Below are positions 10,153 to 19,115 of a stretch of 50,654 bases of DNA, in pieces (the stretch's first letter is position 1; the number at the start of each line of letters is the position of its first letter). The notes below the pieces were generated by a model. It had not been told where the DNA came from. It worked only from the letters and a program-made list of their open reading frames with translations, and searched no databases. Made by a program: the position numbers and the translations under genes. Source of the DNA: a virus (lineage: Duplodnaviria > Caudoviricetes); the IMG/VR virus record IMGVR_UViG_3300016665_000418, positions 1 to 50,654 of that record; one strand, 5' to 3'.

Positions 10153-10563
10153 ATGCTTGTTAAAGACTATCAAAAATTCATTAACCTTTCAAAGCTCCTA
10201 AATACCAGCTTTGGTGCAGATACCAGCAACTATAATCGTGTTTACCAAACTCAATCTGTTAAGTTTGACCTATTAGATGACGGTGCTCTTAAAATCCGTT
10301 ATCTTTGCATTGTAAACTTCGGTTCTGATACCATGATGCGTGAACTTATGCGCCGCTACAGAGACGAAGCAACAAGCTTTATTGAAGCAGCTCTTAAGCA
10401 AATAAAAGAAGAATACTCTAAAAAGTATCCAGGTCTACCAGTTCCGAAATTCACACTTCAAGAAGAAACATGTAATGAAGATATAGAATATATCTCATAT
10501 TACAACTATACTGGTAATCGTAAGGCATATTATCGTTTTGGATGCCTTGTAGAAATTGACTGA
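10153..10563 (+). CDS. Hypothetical protein upstream of terminase
   Basis: GAGG SD; stop overlaps the terminase start (TGATG). Confidence 0.75.
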   Translation: MLVKDYQKFINLSKLLNTSFGADTSNYNRVYQTQSVKFDLLDDGALKIRYLCIVNFGSDTMMRELMRRYRDEATSFIEAALKQIKEEYSKKYPGLPVPKFTLQEETCNEDIEYISYYNYTGNRKAYYRFGCLVEID

Positions 10564-12299
10564 TGCCCGCCAAAAAGAATTTAACATTAGGAACAGTTCC
10601 AAATCGTGCCGCACAGATGAAAGAAATCATGCGCTGTGGAACAGATGCATCCTATTTCATTTCAAAATATGTTAAAATTTCCCATCCGGTCAAAGGTCCA
10701 ATTCCATTTGAAACGTTTCCTTATCAGGACAATTGTTTAAGAGCATTCCAAAAACACCGTTTCGTTATTACAAATAAGAGCCGTCAGTTAGGTCTATCAA
10801 CGCTATCTGCTGCTTACTCCCTATGGATGGCACTGTTCCAGCGTGAAAAGAACGTTCTCGTTATCGCTACTCGTCTTGAAGTTGCAAAAAACTTCATTAA
10901 GAAGGTAAACGGAATGTATGATAACTTGCCAAAATGGCTTGTTATGCCTCAAATTAAAGCTCGTTCCGTAAGATATCTTGAATTCTCTAACGGTTCTAAA
11001 GTTCAAGCTGTTCCTACCGGCACCGATGCTGGTCGTTCCGAAGCCCTATCTCTTCTAATCATTGACGAAGCTGCACACGTTGATGGTATTGACGAGTTGT
11101 GGCTTGGTTTGTGGCCTACGCTTTCTACCGGTGGTAATGCTATTCTAATTTCTTCTCCATCTGGCGTAGGAACTCTATTTCATAAGATTTGGGTTGGTGC
11201 CAAAGACGGTGAAGATGGTGAAGGAAATCCAAATCCCGGTAAAGGACAAAACAACTTTTATCGTATTGAACTCCCATGGACAGTTCATCCAGAGAGAGAT
11301 CAAGAATGGTATGAGTCTCAAAGAGCAGAGATTTTGCCAGCTAAAGGTGAACGTGGCGTTGCTCAAGAACTTTTATGCAGCTTTGCTGCTTCTGGTGAAA
11401 ACTTCTTATCTGGTGATGTTATAGAAGATATGGAGCACCAAGTTAAGCCTCCTATGGCGACTTATGGTGATAGAGGCGATGTATGGATTTGGAAATATGC
11501 CGAACCAAATCACAAATATATTATATCTGCTGACGTATCCCGTGGTGATGCAGACGATTATTCAACCATTCACGTTATAGATACCAATAGCGATGAAGTT
11601 GTTTGTGAATATCAAGGTAAATGCCCGCCAGAAAAACTTGCTGAACTCATGATGGACTTGGGCTTCAAATACAATCAAGCTCTCCTATGTCCAGAATTAA
11701 ACTCATTCGGTCTTATAGTTGCTACCGATATTAAGAAGGCACAATATCCAAACATATACTACGAACGTATTCATCGTAGTAATGCCTATATGGCATATAC
11801 AACCGCAGATATTGCAAATGATCTTCCAGGGTTCACAACCGGTCCAAAGAATCGTGATGAAATACTTGCAAAACTTGAAACTGTAATAAGAACTCGTCGC
11901 TTGAAGATTTATTCATCCAGAACTGTAGAAGAATTTAAAACCTTCGTCTGGAAGAATAACAAAGCACAAGCAATGAAAAGCTATAATGATGATTTGATTA
12001 TGGCTTTAGCAATTGGAAATTCTCTATATGAAGCTGCCGGTGTTAATGCCTGGGATGATAAAGCCGTAACAATGGCAATGATAGCTGGAATGAGTAAATC
12101 TACTTCCACAATGAATTCGGTTGGTAATCAATTCGGAGAGCAAAACAAATATATGCCTCCAATCATGACTTCAGATGGAATTAAAGAACATGCTCAATTT
12201 CAAGATATGAAAAATAGACACGATGTTCATAAAAAAGGTGGCGGTGGTCAGGACTTCAGAAATCCATATTGGAAACAATGGGAATGGGTCATAAAATAG
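10563..12299 (+). CDS. Terminase large subunit (T4 gp17-like)
   Basis: KSRQLGLST (Walker A), LLIIDEAAH (Walker B), ISSPSG, ISADVSRG, NDDLIMALAI. Confidence 0.96.
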   Translation: MPAKKNLTLGTVPNRAAQMKEIMRCGTDASYFISKYVKISHPVKGPIPFETFPYQDNCLRAFQKHRFVITNKSRQLGLSTLSAAYSLWMALFQREKNVLVIATRLEVAKNFIKKVNGMYDNLPKWLVMPQIKARSVRYLEFSNGSKVQAVPTGTDAGRSEALSLLIIDEAAHVDGIDELWLGLWPTLSTGGNAILISSPSGVGTLFHKIWVGAKDGEDGEGNPNPGKGQNNFYRIELPWTVHPERDQEWYESQRAEILPAKGERGVAQELLCSFAASGENFLSGDVIEDMEHQVKPPMATYGDRGDVWIWKYAEPNHKYIISADVSRGDADDYSTIHVIDTNSDEVVCEYQGKCPPEKLAELMMDLGFKYNQALLCPELNSFGLIVATDIKKAQYPNIYYERIHRSNAYMAYTTADIANDLPGFTTGPKNRDEILAKLETVIRTRRLKIYSSRTVEEFKTFVWKNNKAQAMKSYNDDLIMALAIGNSLYEAAGVNAWDDKAVTMAMIAGMSKSTSTMNSVGNQFGEQNKYMPPIMTSDGIKEHAQFQDMKNRHDVHKKGGGGQDFRNPYWKQWEWVIK

Positions 12300-12322
12300 A
12301 GAAAACCTGCCCTTTTTATTGG

Positions 12323-12351
12323 TTTAAATTAACTTTATAATCTGTTAGTAT
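12323..12351 (+). promoter_or_regulatory. Sigma70-type early promoter, leaderless
   Basis: TTTAAA-17-(TGT)TAGTAT, 6 nt before ATG 12358. Confidence 0.65.
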
Positions 12352-12357
12352 ATCGGA

Positions 12358-12798
12358 ATGCATCGATATCTACGCCTTGCAATGCAGTATGCCAACGAGA
12401 AGCAGTATAGCAATCAGATTGATTATCATCTTTGCGCTATTATTGTTCGTGGCGGTTCTGTAATTTCTGTAGGCTACAATAAGCACAATACTAATGCCTT
12501 TGTTGAGCATTATGCTGATATTGCCCGTGGTAGGGGTAGGGATTTCTGTCTCTCAACCCATGCCGAACAGGATGCCATTCTAAAGGCACGCAACAAGGTT
12601 GACCTGCGTGGTTGCAAGATTTTTGTTGCTCGTCGTCTTCGGCTTAATGGTAAGCCTGGAATGGCTCGTCCTTGCCCGATCTGTGAGAACGCTCTAAACA
12701 GTTATGGTATTCGTAAGGCATACTATACGATTAATGAGCACCAGTTTGGTAAGATGATTATTAAGCCTAATGGTGATACTACGGATATTGTTTACTGA
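12358..12798 (+). CDS. Cytidine/deoxycytidylate deaminase family protein
   Basis: HAE...PCPIC zinc-binding motif. Confidence 0.88.
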   Translation: MHRYLRLAMQYANEKQYSNQIDYHLCAIIVRGGSVISVGYNKHNTNAFVEHYADIARGRGRDFCLSTHAEQDAILKARNKVDLRGCKIFVARRLRLNGKPGMARPCPICENALNSYGIRKAYYTINEHQFGKMIIKPNGDTTDIVY

Positions 12799-13265
12799 TG
12801 TTACATTGGTTTAGAAAGAAGGAGCATACTTGTCAGCTTTGTTTTCGTGATAAGCGAAAGACAAATGCTGCTCCTCAATTTTCTGAACACGTATGTTGGG
12901 AGTGTTGGAACTCTGAAAGATTAAGGCTTCGTTCTAACAATCGTTCCAAAAGGAATAAAAGATACCCTACTGGTCGCATTTCTACACGTCAATGGTTGAC
13001 GGTGTTGGAAGCCTCCAAGTGGGGTTGTGTTGTTTGTGGCACCAGAGGTCGTCATAAACTTACTCTTGACCACATTCAACCCATTAATGCTGGTGGCACT
13101 AACACACACGATAATATTCAGCCGCTTTGTGTGCCTTGTCACGAAAAGAAGGATGGATACCAACGCAGACCATTGTGGTGGGTCCGCAGAATTCTCCGAA
13201 AGTGGCGCAGATTTGTTTGGCGCAAATGTGGCATTTCGCTACAAAAAATAAGGGTTTTAGAATAA
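12798..13265 (+). CDS. HNH endonuclease
   Basis: CVVCG...LDHIQPINAGGTN...NIQPLCVPCH. Confidence 0.88.
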   Translation: MLHWFRKKEHTCQLCFRDKRKTNAAPQFSEHVCWECWNSERLRLRSNNRSKRNKRYPTGRISTRQWLTVLEASKWGCVVCGTRGRHKLTLDHIQPINAGGTNTHDNIQPLCVPCHEKKDGYQRRPLWWVRRILRKWRRFVWRKCGISLQKIRVLE

Positions 13266-13355
13266 TTTTATATCAACGGATTAATACTACTTATTCCAAG
13301 AATGATATCGTTACGTTACTTTACGTGACGAATTATAAATGGTGTCAGCAGTATT

Positions 13356-13730
13356 ATGCCAAGAAAAAAAGTAGACTATAAAATTCCATTCATCAAGGAG
13401 AACGACAAGATAAACAATCTTCCAGCCGGGAGTGTTCCGCATCAAATTGGTCTTTATGAAATGCGTAAACCAAATTGGGAACTCAAATACGATTGGCGTG
13501 AAAACGTTAAGTTTGATGCTAACTTAAAATTTGTTAATATGTATTATGGCGGTAAGATACTTTGGGAAGATACAGAAACCGGCGCACGATATTGGATGAA
13601 TCAGAGTGGTCTTGCGGCTGTATTAAAAGCTAAATCAGTAGTTTATGGAACAGTTTTAGGAACATGGGTCTTTAAGAAACATGGAACCACTTATAGTATC
13701 TTTCCATATATGGAAAAGAGAAGGGGATGA
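13356..13730 (+). CDS. Hypothetical protein; last codons and stop lie inside the tmRNA 5' end
   Basis: 124-aa ORF ending AGG GGA TGA at 13722-13730. Confidence 0.75.
   Translation: MPRKKVDYKIPFIKENDKINNLPAGSVPHQIGLYEMRKPNWELKYDWRENVKFDANLKFVNMYYGGKILWEDTETGARYWMNQSGLAAVLKAKSVVYGTVLGTWVFKKHGTTYSIFPYMEKRRG
13671..13699 (+). promoter_or_regulatory. Putative tmRNA promoter
   Basis: TTTAAG-17-TAGTAT within the upstream ORF. Confidence 0.45.
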
Positions 13731-14075
13731 AATAGATTCGATCAGGAAATGAAGGATGATTTGCATAGTAGCGGGCGTTTATGACCGCTTAAAACCGTAA
13801 ACAACAGTAAGTGCAAACGATAGCTCTTACGCTCTTGCTGCTTGAAAGCAAGCGATTTAAAAGATACGCCGTTTGAGGATCCTTAAATCGTCATTAAACA
13901 AACTCGACCTTGTAGGGATAGTTCCTACTGCCAAGGTTTAAATAATTGGAACCATATCATACACAACCTGCTCTTTGGTCAAGTATATGATGGGTAATAA
14001 ATAAAAGAGATATACTATGTGACAACAGATCATTTGGAGCTTCTTGAGACTGCGGTGCGAATCCGCACATCTCCA
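13723..14075 (+). ncRNA. ssrA: tmRNA (one-piece), tag ANDSSYALAA
   Basis: Acceptor GGGGATG/CATCTCC-A with G3.U70; T-arm TGCGG-TGCGAAT-CCGCA; tag ORF 13813-13845 after TAAGT resume context; 353 nt. Confidence 0.96.
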
Positions 14076-14107
14076 TTTTGCCTTATTTTATAAAGCTTTT
14101 TTATTAC

Positions 14108-14136
14108 TTGAATTTTGATCATTATTCTGTTATTCT
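14108..14136 (+). promoter_or_regulatory. Sigma70-type early promoter, leaderless
   Basis: TTGAAT-17-(TGT)TATTCT, 6 nt before ATG 14143. Confidence 0.75.
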
Positions 14137-14142
14137 ATTGGA

Positions 14143-14619
14143 ATGAATAAGATCGAAACCATTGATCAGTTTGCTAGCGTTCTCTCCGATAATCTCGCTG
14201 CGCTCCGTGAGATCGGAAATGTGCCTCTCCCGTGTCCGTCTCCGCAGCCGTGGAATAATGTCAATTTTATCCGTGGTTTCTCTGCTCCCAAGGTCGGCGC
14301 TCGTCGTCCTGACTGGAAGTTTTCCTCTAATCCTTCCTATGCCCGTGATTCGTCGGATTTGAGTCTTAATCGCTTTGTCGGAATTCAGATCACAGTGATT
14401 GTTGCTGACGCCACCATGTATGGTGCGACTAAGACTGTCATGGTGTCCGCTCCGGAGGAGATCGCTCCTGCGCTTGCTACTCTGGATGCCTTCCGTAGCG
14501 AGCAGCTTAATAGTTGCCGTCATTTCAATCATCGTTTTGTCGCTAACCTTGGTCGTTGCTATAATCGTTATGAGTGCAATGATTGTGGCGTGAAGTTTGA
14601 AATCGATAGTGGTGATTGA
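14143..14619 (+). CDS. Hypothetical early protein with C-terminal Zn-ribbon
   Basis: CRH...GRCYNRYECNDCG..FEIDSGD. Confidence 0.8.
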   Translation: MNKIETIDQFASVLSDNLAALREIGNVPLPCPSPQPWNNVNFIRGFSAPKVGARRPDWKFSSNPSYARDSSDLSLNRFVGIQITVIVADATMYGATKTVMVSAPEEIAPALATLDAFRSEQLNSCRHFNHRFVANLGRCYNRYECNDCGVKFEIDSGD

Positions 14620-15134
14620 AATGGGTTGGTTCGCTTTTCTCGGTTTCTTTACTATCTCTGGCGTTTTTCTTGAATATATCAAGTATGACTGTCGCACTCG
14701 GTTTTGATTATCCTGCCTCTCTGGAAGAGGTTATCCGTGACGTGAAATATAAGCGGGAAACGTTGGAGGCTCTTAATCGTTTTAAGGCTTCTAATCCGTG
14801 GAGTGGTGCTTTGCCTCTTCGCATGGCTAAGTTCCAGCGTCTACATAATAGTCTTTGCGAGATTTACGAGGTTGATTATCAGCTTCGGTTCGATCCAAGC
14901 GTTATGCTTAATGAGGGTAGCGGTAGGTCTAATGTCAGTTTCGTTTCTCACACTATTACGCTTCATGGGAAGCTTTCGGTTCTAACTTTTCTACACGAGT
15001 GGGGTCATGTTCTCAAGGGATCAAGCGAGCGGCAAGCGTGCATTTGGAGCGTTAATCTTTTTCGTAGAGTGTTTCCCGATAATTTTGATCGTTTGCGGGA
15101 TAATGCGAGGGGTCATTTCCTTGCTGCTGGCTGA
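14616..15134 (+). CDS. Putative zinc metallopeptidase-like protein
   Basis: LHEWGH (HExxH); start uncertain. Confidence 0.6.
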   Translation: MKWVGSLFSVSLLSLAFFLNISSMTVALGFDYPASLEEVIRDVKYKRETLEALNRFKASNPWSGALPLRMAKFQRLHNSLCEIYEVDYQLRFDPSVMLNEGSGRSNVSFVSHTITLHGKLSVLTFLHEWGHVLKGSSERQACIWSVNLFRRVFPDNFDRLRDNARGHFLAAG

Positions 15135-15143
15135 GTAAAAAAG

Positions 15144-15185
15144 TTTATATTCTAAACGGACCCTGCTATGCTTGTAGCAGGGTTT
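15144..15185 (+). promoter_or_regulatory. lysS promoter overlapped by an inverted repeat
   Basis: TTTATA-17-(TGC)TATGCT; ACCCTGCTA/TAGCAGGGT hairpin covers the -10 and is followed by Ts. Confidence 0.55.
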
Positions 15186-15204
15186 TAACGTTTTAAGGTA
15201 TATA

Positions 15205-16521
15205 ATGTTCTGGGATACGATTAATCAGGCTTTCGCACAATATATTCCAACCTATACGGATGGAACGCAAGTTTCCGTTGTTGGACGTGTTCTGTCTTAT
15301 CGTAAGATGGGTGGTGTAGCATTCGGTCATATTTCTGACAATAGTGATGCAAAGATCCAATTTGCATTTAATAAGAAGATGATGGATGAAGCCAACTTCA
15401 AGGAATGGTCAGCTATCCCTCATATTGGCGATATTGTTGGGATTAACGGGGAGGTATGGACTACCTCTACCGGAGAAAAGACTGTATTGGTCAATAAGGG
15501 CTTCCAGAGGCTCCAGAAGGCTTCTGTAGGCTTCCCTGACAAGTGGCATGGTATGACCGATCCAGAGCTTGTAAGGCGCAAGAGGTGGCTGGAATGCGCC
15601 ACTAATCCAGAGAGTCGCAAGCTATATCGGAATAGGAGTAAGCTAATCAATACTATTCGTAACTTCCTTGATGAACAGGATTTTATGGAAGTGGAGACGC
15701 CTACGCTTACTCCGCAAGCAAGTGGCGCCCAGGCTCGTCCGTTTGTCACTCATCATAATGCTCTTGATGCAGATTTCTATCTTCGTATTGCGCCCGAGAC
15801 TTATCTTAAGCGTATGACTGCTGCTGGTTTTGATCGTGTATTCGAGATTGGCAAGCAGTTCCGAAATGAAGGTATTGATCCATCGCATCTACAGGAGTTT
15901 ACTTCTCTTGAATGGTATGCATCATATTGGGATTATTGTGATAACATGAAGCTTTTCCGAAATATGCTTTATTATCTTTGGAAGAGCTTTGATAGAACAG
16001 AAAAGGATATTCTTGCCAAGCTTGAAAGTTGGGCACAGGCACCAGTTGTAGAATATCGTCAACTATTCATGGAACATACTGGACGTAATCCAGATGATAT
16101 GTCTGGCAAGGAAGCGGATCAGCTATTCAAGACCGCTGTTCGTCCAAAGCTTATTGATCCAGTATTCATCACAGATTATCCGGCTCATATGTCTCCAATG
16201 GCAGCAAGGCATCCCCATGACCCTAATACGGTTCAGCAATGGCAGTTTGTTGTAGATGGATGGGAAGTGGTTAAGTGTTATACAGAGCTTACTGATCCCC
16301 TTCTACAGCGTCAGCTACTTGAGCAGCAGATGCAAGAGCGAGCAAATGGCGATGATGAAGCCATGATGATTGAGGAAGATTTCCTTGAATGCATGGAGCA
16401 CGGGATGCCTCCGCAGAGTGGTTGTGGTGTTGGAATTGACCGTTTGGCTTCTCTACTTTTCGGCGTCCCCAATCTACGTGATGTAGTATTCTTCCCTACA
16501 CTTAAGGCAAATAGCCAATGA
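15205..16521 (+). CDS. lysS: Lysyl-tRNA synthetase, class II
   Basis: OB-fold (GDIVGING), YLRIAPETYLKR, FRNEGID..H.QEFT, HGMPPQSGCGVGIDRL. Confidence 0.95.
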   Translation: MFWDTINQAFAQYIPTYTDGTQVSVVGRVLSYRKMGGVAFGHISDNSDAKIQFAFNKKMMDEANFKEWSAIPHIGDIVGINGEVWTTSTGEKTVLVNKGFQRLQKASVGFPDKWHGMTDPELVRRKRWLECATNPESRKLYRNRSKLINTIRNFLDEQDFMEVETPTLTPQASGAQARPFVTHHNALDADFYLRIAPETYLKRMTAAGFDRVFEIGKQFRNEGIDPSHLQEFTSLEWYASYWDYCDNMKLFRNMLYYLWKSFDRTEKDILAKLESWAQAPVVEYRQLFMEHTGRNPDDMSGKEADQLFKTAVRPKLIDPVFITDYPAHMSPMAARHPHDPNTVQQWQFVVDGWEVVKCYTELTDPLLQRQLLEQQMQERANGDDEAMMIEEDFLECMEHGMPPQSGCGVGIDRLASLLFGVPNLRDVVFFPTLKANSQ

Positions 16522-16556
16522 CGGGATATACTTAAATTTAACCAACAAACGGCAGG

Positions 16557-16598
16557 AAGCGGGCTAACCCTTAAAAGTAGCCTGTTTTTTGCTTTTTT
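16557..16598 (+). terminator. Putative intrinsic terminator
   Basis: AAGCGGGCTA/TAGCCTGTTT stem plus T-run. Confidence 0.5.
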
Positions 16599-16611
16599 AG
16601 GAGAAAAGAAT

Positions 16612-17265
16612 ATGAGAAAATTATTTTATCCCCTCATAGCCTTGTTAGTTCTTACAGGTGCAACATCAATGCACGATCCAAATGACGTAAGAGCACCGAG
16701 CGAAATGCTAAACCCAACAACGGTTTCATGCATGGATAACTCAAATGACATAAGCTATGATCCAAGTTTAGAAGCAACAACACCAGAACCAGAGCCGGAG
16801 ATAATACCAAGGAGAGATATACAACTGGCTCTTGCACGTATCTGTGTTAGCGAATCCGGATTTCAAGTCAGAACAAATGATTGTAATATGATTTATCATG
16901 CGCTTCGCACACGCAGTAGCACTGGTGAAATAACCATGGGCATTATGAGAGCCTATGCGCCATTATCTTTCAATCTTAATAGAACAGACAACCACAGATG
17001 GGTTGCTCACCTTCGTTCAGATTTCAGAGAACCTAAAGGATGGTCAGAAGTGATCAGATTACCTTGGTCTACAAGAAGAGAAGGTTTCCGACAAGTTTAT
17101 GAGCACGTTGGAATGTTATTAAGAACCAGACCAGAAAACCCATGTGGTATCCGCATAGACCATTGGGGAGCCAGATATTTCCGTAGAAATACTCTTTTAA
17201 GAAGAGGCTGGACACCTATAGAATGCGGCGAAACTTTAAATCAATTCTGGAGTATGCCCGACTGA
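16612..17265 (+). CDS. Secreted hypothetical protein, possibly cell-wall hydrolase (SleB)-like
   Basis: Signal peptide; LALARICVSESG loosely resembles SleB LARxIxxE. Confidence 0.5.
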   Translation: MRKLFYPLIALLVLTGATSMHDPNDVRAPSEMLNPTTVSCMDNSNDISYDPSLEATTPEPEPEIIPRRDIQLALARICVSESGFQVRTNDCNMIYHALRTRSSTGEITMGIMRAYAPLSFNLNRTDNHRWVAHLRSDFREPKGWSEVIRLPWSTRREGFRQVYEHVGMLLRTRPENPCGIRIDHWGARYFRRNTLLRRGWTPIECGETLNQFWSMPD

Positions 17266-17297
17266 TTAAGTTTTAATGATGATTGAATAAAATTGAG

Positions 17298-17326
17298 TTT
17301 ACATTTCTGAAACTACTTGTTATATT
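17298..17326 (+). promoter_or_regulatory. Sigma70-type promoter for tRNA-Glu
   Basis: TTTACA-17-(TGT)TATATT. Confidence 0.75.
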
Positions 17327-17338
17327 TAATCATCACCT

Positions 17339-17410
17339 GGCTCCATCGTCTAACGGTTAGGACTCAGCCCTTTCACGGCTGCTACCGGGGTTCAAATCCC
17401 CGTGGAGTCA
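17339..17410 (+). tRNA. tRNA-Glu(UUC)
   Basis: GGCTCCA/TGGAGTC acceptor; CAGCC-CTTTCAC-GGCTG anticodon arm; no CCA. Confidence 0.95.
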
Positions 17411-17569
17411 ATGTTGTATCTCTTATCAACGCTTCTTATGTTTATAACCTTTCCATTCGCTTGGGGAGGTTATTTTCTTGTTAAATCAAAATATTCATGG
17501 ATCCGATGGTTAGGATTTTTCATGCTTTATCCTTTTTGCATTGTTTCCATGTTTGGATTTGAAGACTGA
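17411..17569 (+). CDS. Possible 52-aa membrane peptide starting directly after tRNA-Glu
   Basis: MLYLLSTLLMFITFPFAWGGYFLVKSKYSWIRWLGFFMLYPFCIVSMFGFED; contains a terminator-like hairpin, so may be spurious. Confidence 0.35.
   Translation: MLYLLSTLLMFITFPFAWGGYFLVKSKYSWIRWLGFFMLYPFCIVSMFGFED
17444..17479 (+). terminator. Putative terminator after tRNA-Glu
   Basis: ATAACCTTTCCA/TGGGGAGGTTAT stem plus T-rich tail. Confidence 0.55.
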
Positions 17570-17590
17570 TTTTATAAGGGAAAATATTAG

Positions 17591-17619
17591 TTTAAATTTG
17601 TTTGCGGTTATGATATATT
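17591..17619 (+). promoter_or_regulatory. Sigma70-type early promoter, leaderless
   Basis: TTTAAA-17-(TGA)TATATT, 6 nt before ATG 17626. Confidence 0.7.
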
Positions 17620-17625
17620 GATGAT

Positions 17626-17778
17626 ATGTCTAACAAGCGTAAGCAGAATGAGCCGAAGCGTCGCTCCGCTATCACGGAGTTTATGCTTTTCAATCTTAAG
17701 GGTGGGACGATGCGTGATCGTCGGTTCCGCCGTGAGAAGGCAAAGAAGCACGAATATCGCAATTCCGATAACTGGTGA
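17626..17778 (+). CDS. Small basic protein, 50 aa (not in the ORF track)
   Basis: MSNKRKQNEPKRRSAITEFMLFNLKGGTMRDRRFRREKAKKHEYRNSDNW; own promoter; early-type codon usage. Confidence 0.75.
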   Translation: MSNKRKQNEPKRRSAITEFMLFNLKGGTMRDRRFRREKAKKHEYRNSDNW

Positions 17779-18215
17779 TCCATATGGACAGTCCTATCAT
17801 TAAAGCTGCAAAGCTTCCTCAACGTGGGCGATTAGCTCATGTTGATCATATTCCAGGCGGTAAGCGTTTCTGGAAGGTGGGACGCCTTTATCAGCTTACA
17901 GAATTCGTTATGCTATATAGCCAAAAGACCGATTTGGTTGAGGTTAAGCAAAAGACGCACCGACGTAATAATAGCCGTTGGCAAAATAATAACCTATTTA
18001 ACCCTTTTATTCCGGGTCACGAGCCACGGCATCGTCTTGAAAAGGGTAGTATTTTTATGCTACTTGCAAAGCCAGATTATAAGACCGTAATTGGTAATCT
18101 TAGTGATACTCTAACTGGATCGTATCAATTGAATATTCTTTGCAACGAAAAGAGTGGTTGGATCCATCTTTCACATCGTCTTAGTCCACGTTATTATTGT
18201 CACCCCGTTAAGTGA
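17775..18215 (+). CDS. Hypothetical protein
   Basis: GTGA-coupled ORF; alternative ATG at 17784. Confidence 0.7.
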   Translation: MIHMDSPIIKAAKLPQRGRLAHVDHIPGGKRFWKVGRLYQLTEFVMLYSQKTDLVEVKQKTHRRNNSRWQNNNLFNPFIPGHEPRHRLEKGSIFMLLAKPDYKTVIGNLSDTLTGSYQLNILCNEKSGWIHLSHRLSPRYYCHPVK

Positions 18216-19054
18216 AGAAGAAAGAAAATAAAATGCCTCGTTCAAACTCTGTATTTACTATCAGTTCCAGCCGTCTACTTGACAGTATTTGTTCCGAAGA
18301 AAAGTTTACGTCAAAGACCAATCTGGAACAAATTGAGTATCTAAACAAGTATCGTTCTCGCCGTGGTCTATATCGCTGGGGTCGTAATAGCATCATGGAT
18401 AACGTTATTGATGATCAGCCTGGAAAGACCGTAACATTTAATCCTATTCGTTGGAAGGGACAGCCATGCAATCCCATCACGTTTCGGTATGTAGGTGGTG
18501 ATATTGAATATAGTATCCGATATCCGGTGCAGAGCCGTCCCGGTTTGGATCCGGATAGTATTAATGGTGTTATCTACGATTTTATCCCTAATGGCGATGC
18601 CTATATTGAGCGTAGTGTGAAGGGATTTCTTCGTCATGGTGTTAGGTCGCAATGGGGCACTAATGAAGAGCATGATAAGCTTTTCAAGTATCTTTATAAG
18701 CAGTATGAAAATGCATGGCTTGATCTAAAGCGCCGTAAGGTTGCAGAGATTAAGTCAACGCTTAACACAGAAAGTGTTGACGAGTTTATTGCAGCAAAGC
18801 GTGCCCAGCATACCCAGGCTATCATGGATATTGCAATGTCTGTTGGCAATCTAACTGCAAAGCTTGAAACCTACCGTAATCGTATTGGTAGCGTCACTAC
18901 TGCATATGAAGCTGAAAAGCTTTATAACGAAGTAGAAATGGCATTCCGAAACTTCAACTATGTTCAAGAACGCAACACAAAGCGTCTAAATAAGAATGTT
19001 CGGCTTCCTGGCGGTAAGAACGTTAAGAAGCTTGCAAGTGAAGGCGACGAGTGA
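18212..19054 (+). CDS. Hypothetical protein
   Basis: 280-aa ORF; alternative ATG at 18233. Confidence 0.8.
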   Translation: MKKKENKMPRSNSVFTISSSRLLDSICSEEKFTSKTNLEQIEYLNKYRSRRGLYRWGRNSIMDNVIDDQPGKTVTFNPIRWKGQPCNPITFRYVGGDIEYSIRYPVQSRPGLDPDSINGVIYDFIPNGDAYIERSVKGFLRHGVRSQWGTNEEHDKLFKYLYKQYENAWLDLKRRKVAEIKSTLNTESVDEFIAAKRAQHTQAIMDIAMSVGNLTAKLETYRNRIGSVTTAYEAEKLYNEVEMAFRNFNYVQERNTKRLNKNVRLPGGKNVKKLASEGDE

Positions 19055-19069
19055 AAGTTAAAAAAATAG

Positions 19070-19098
19070 TTTACAAAGTTAACTTCCTCAACTATATT
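19070..19098 (+). promoter_or_regulatory. Sigma70-type promoter for the tRNA-Ala/ncRNA unit
   Basis: A-tract + TTTACA-17-TATATT. Confidence 0.75.
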
Positions 19099-19115
19099 TA
19101 AAGAGTGAAGTGAAT

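Noticed and set aside
10563-12299. Intein or intron in the terminase near flanking HNH genes
   Set aside because: The ORF is continuous and of normal length with no intein motifs; the HNH genes are free-standing.
14122-14697. 191-aa minus-strand ORF
   Set aside because: Antisense shadow of a promoter-supported plus-strand gene with no motifs.
17626-17778. Firm ArfA call
   Set aside because: It lacks the KGKGS-type motif; only size and charge are similar.
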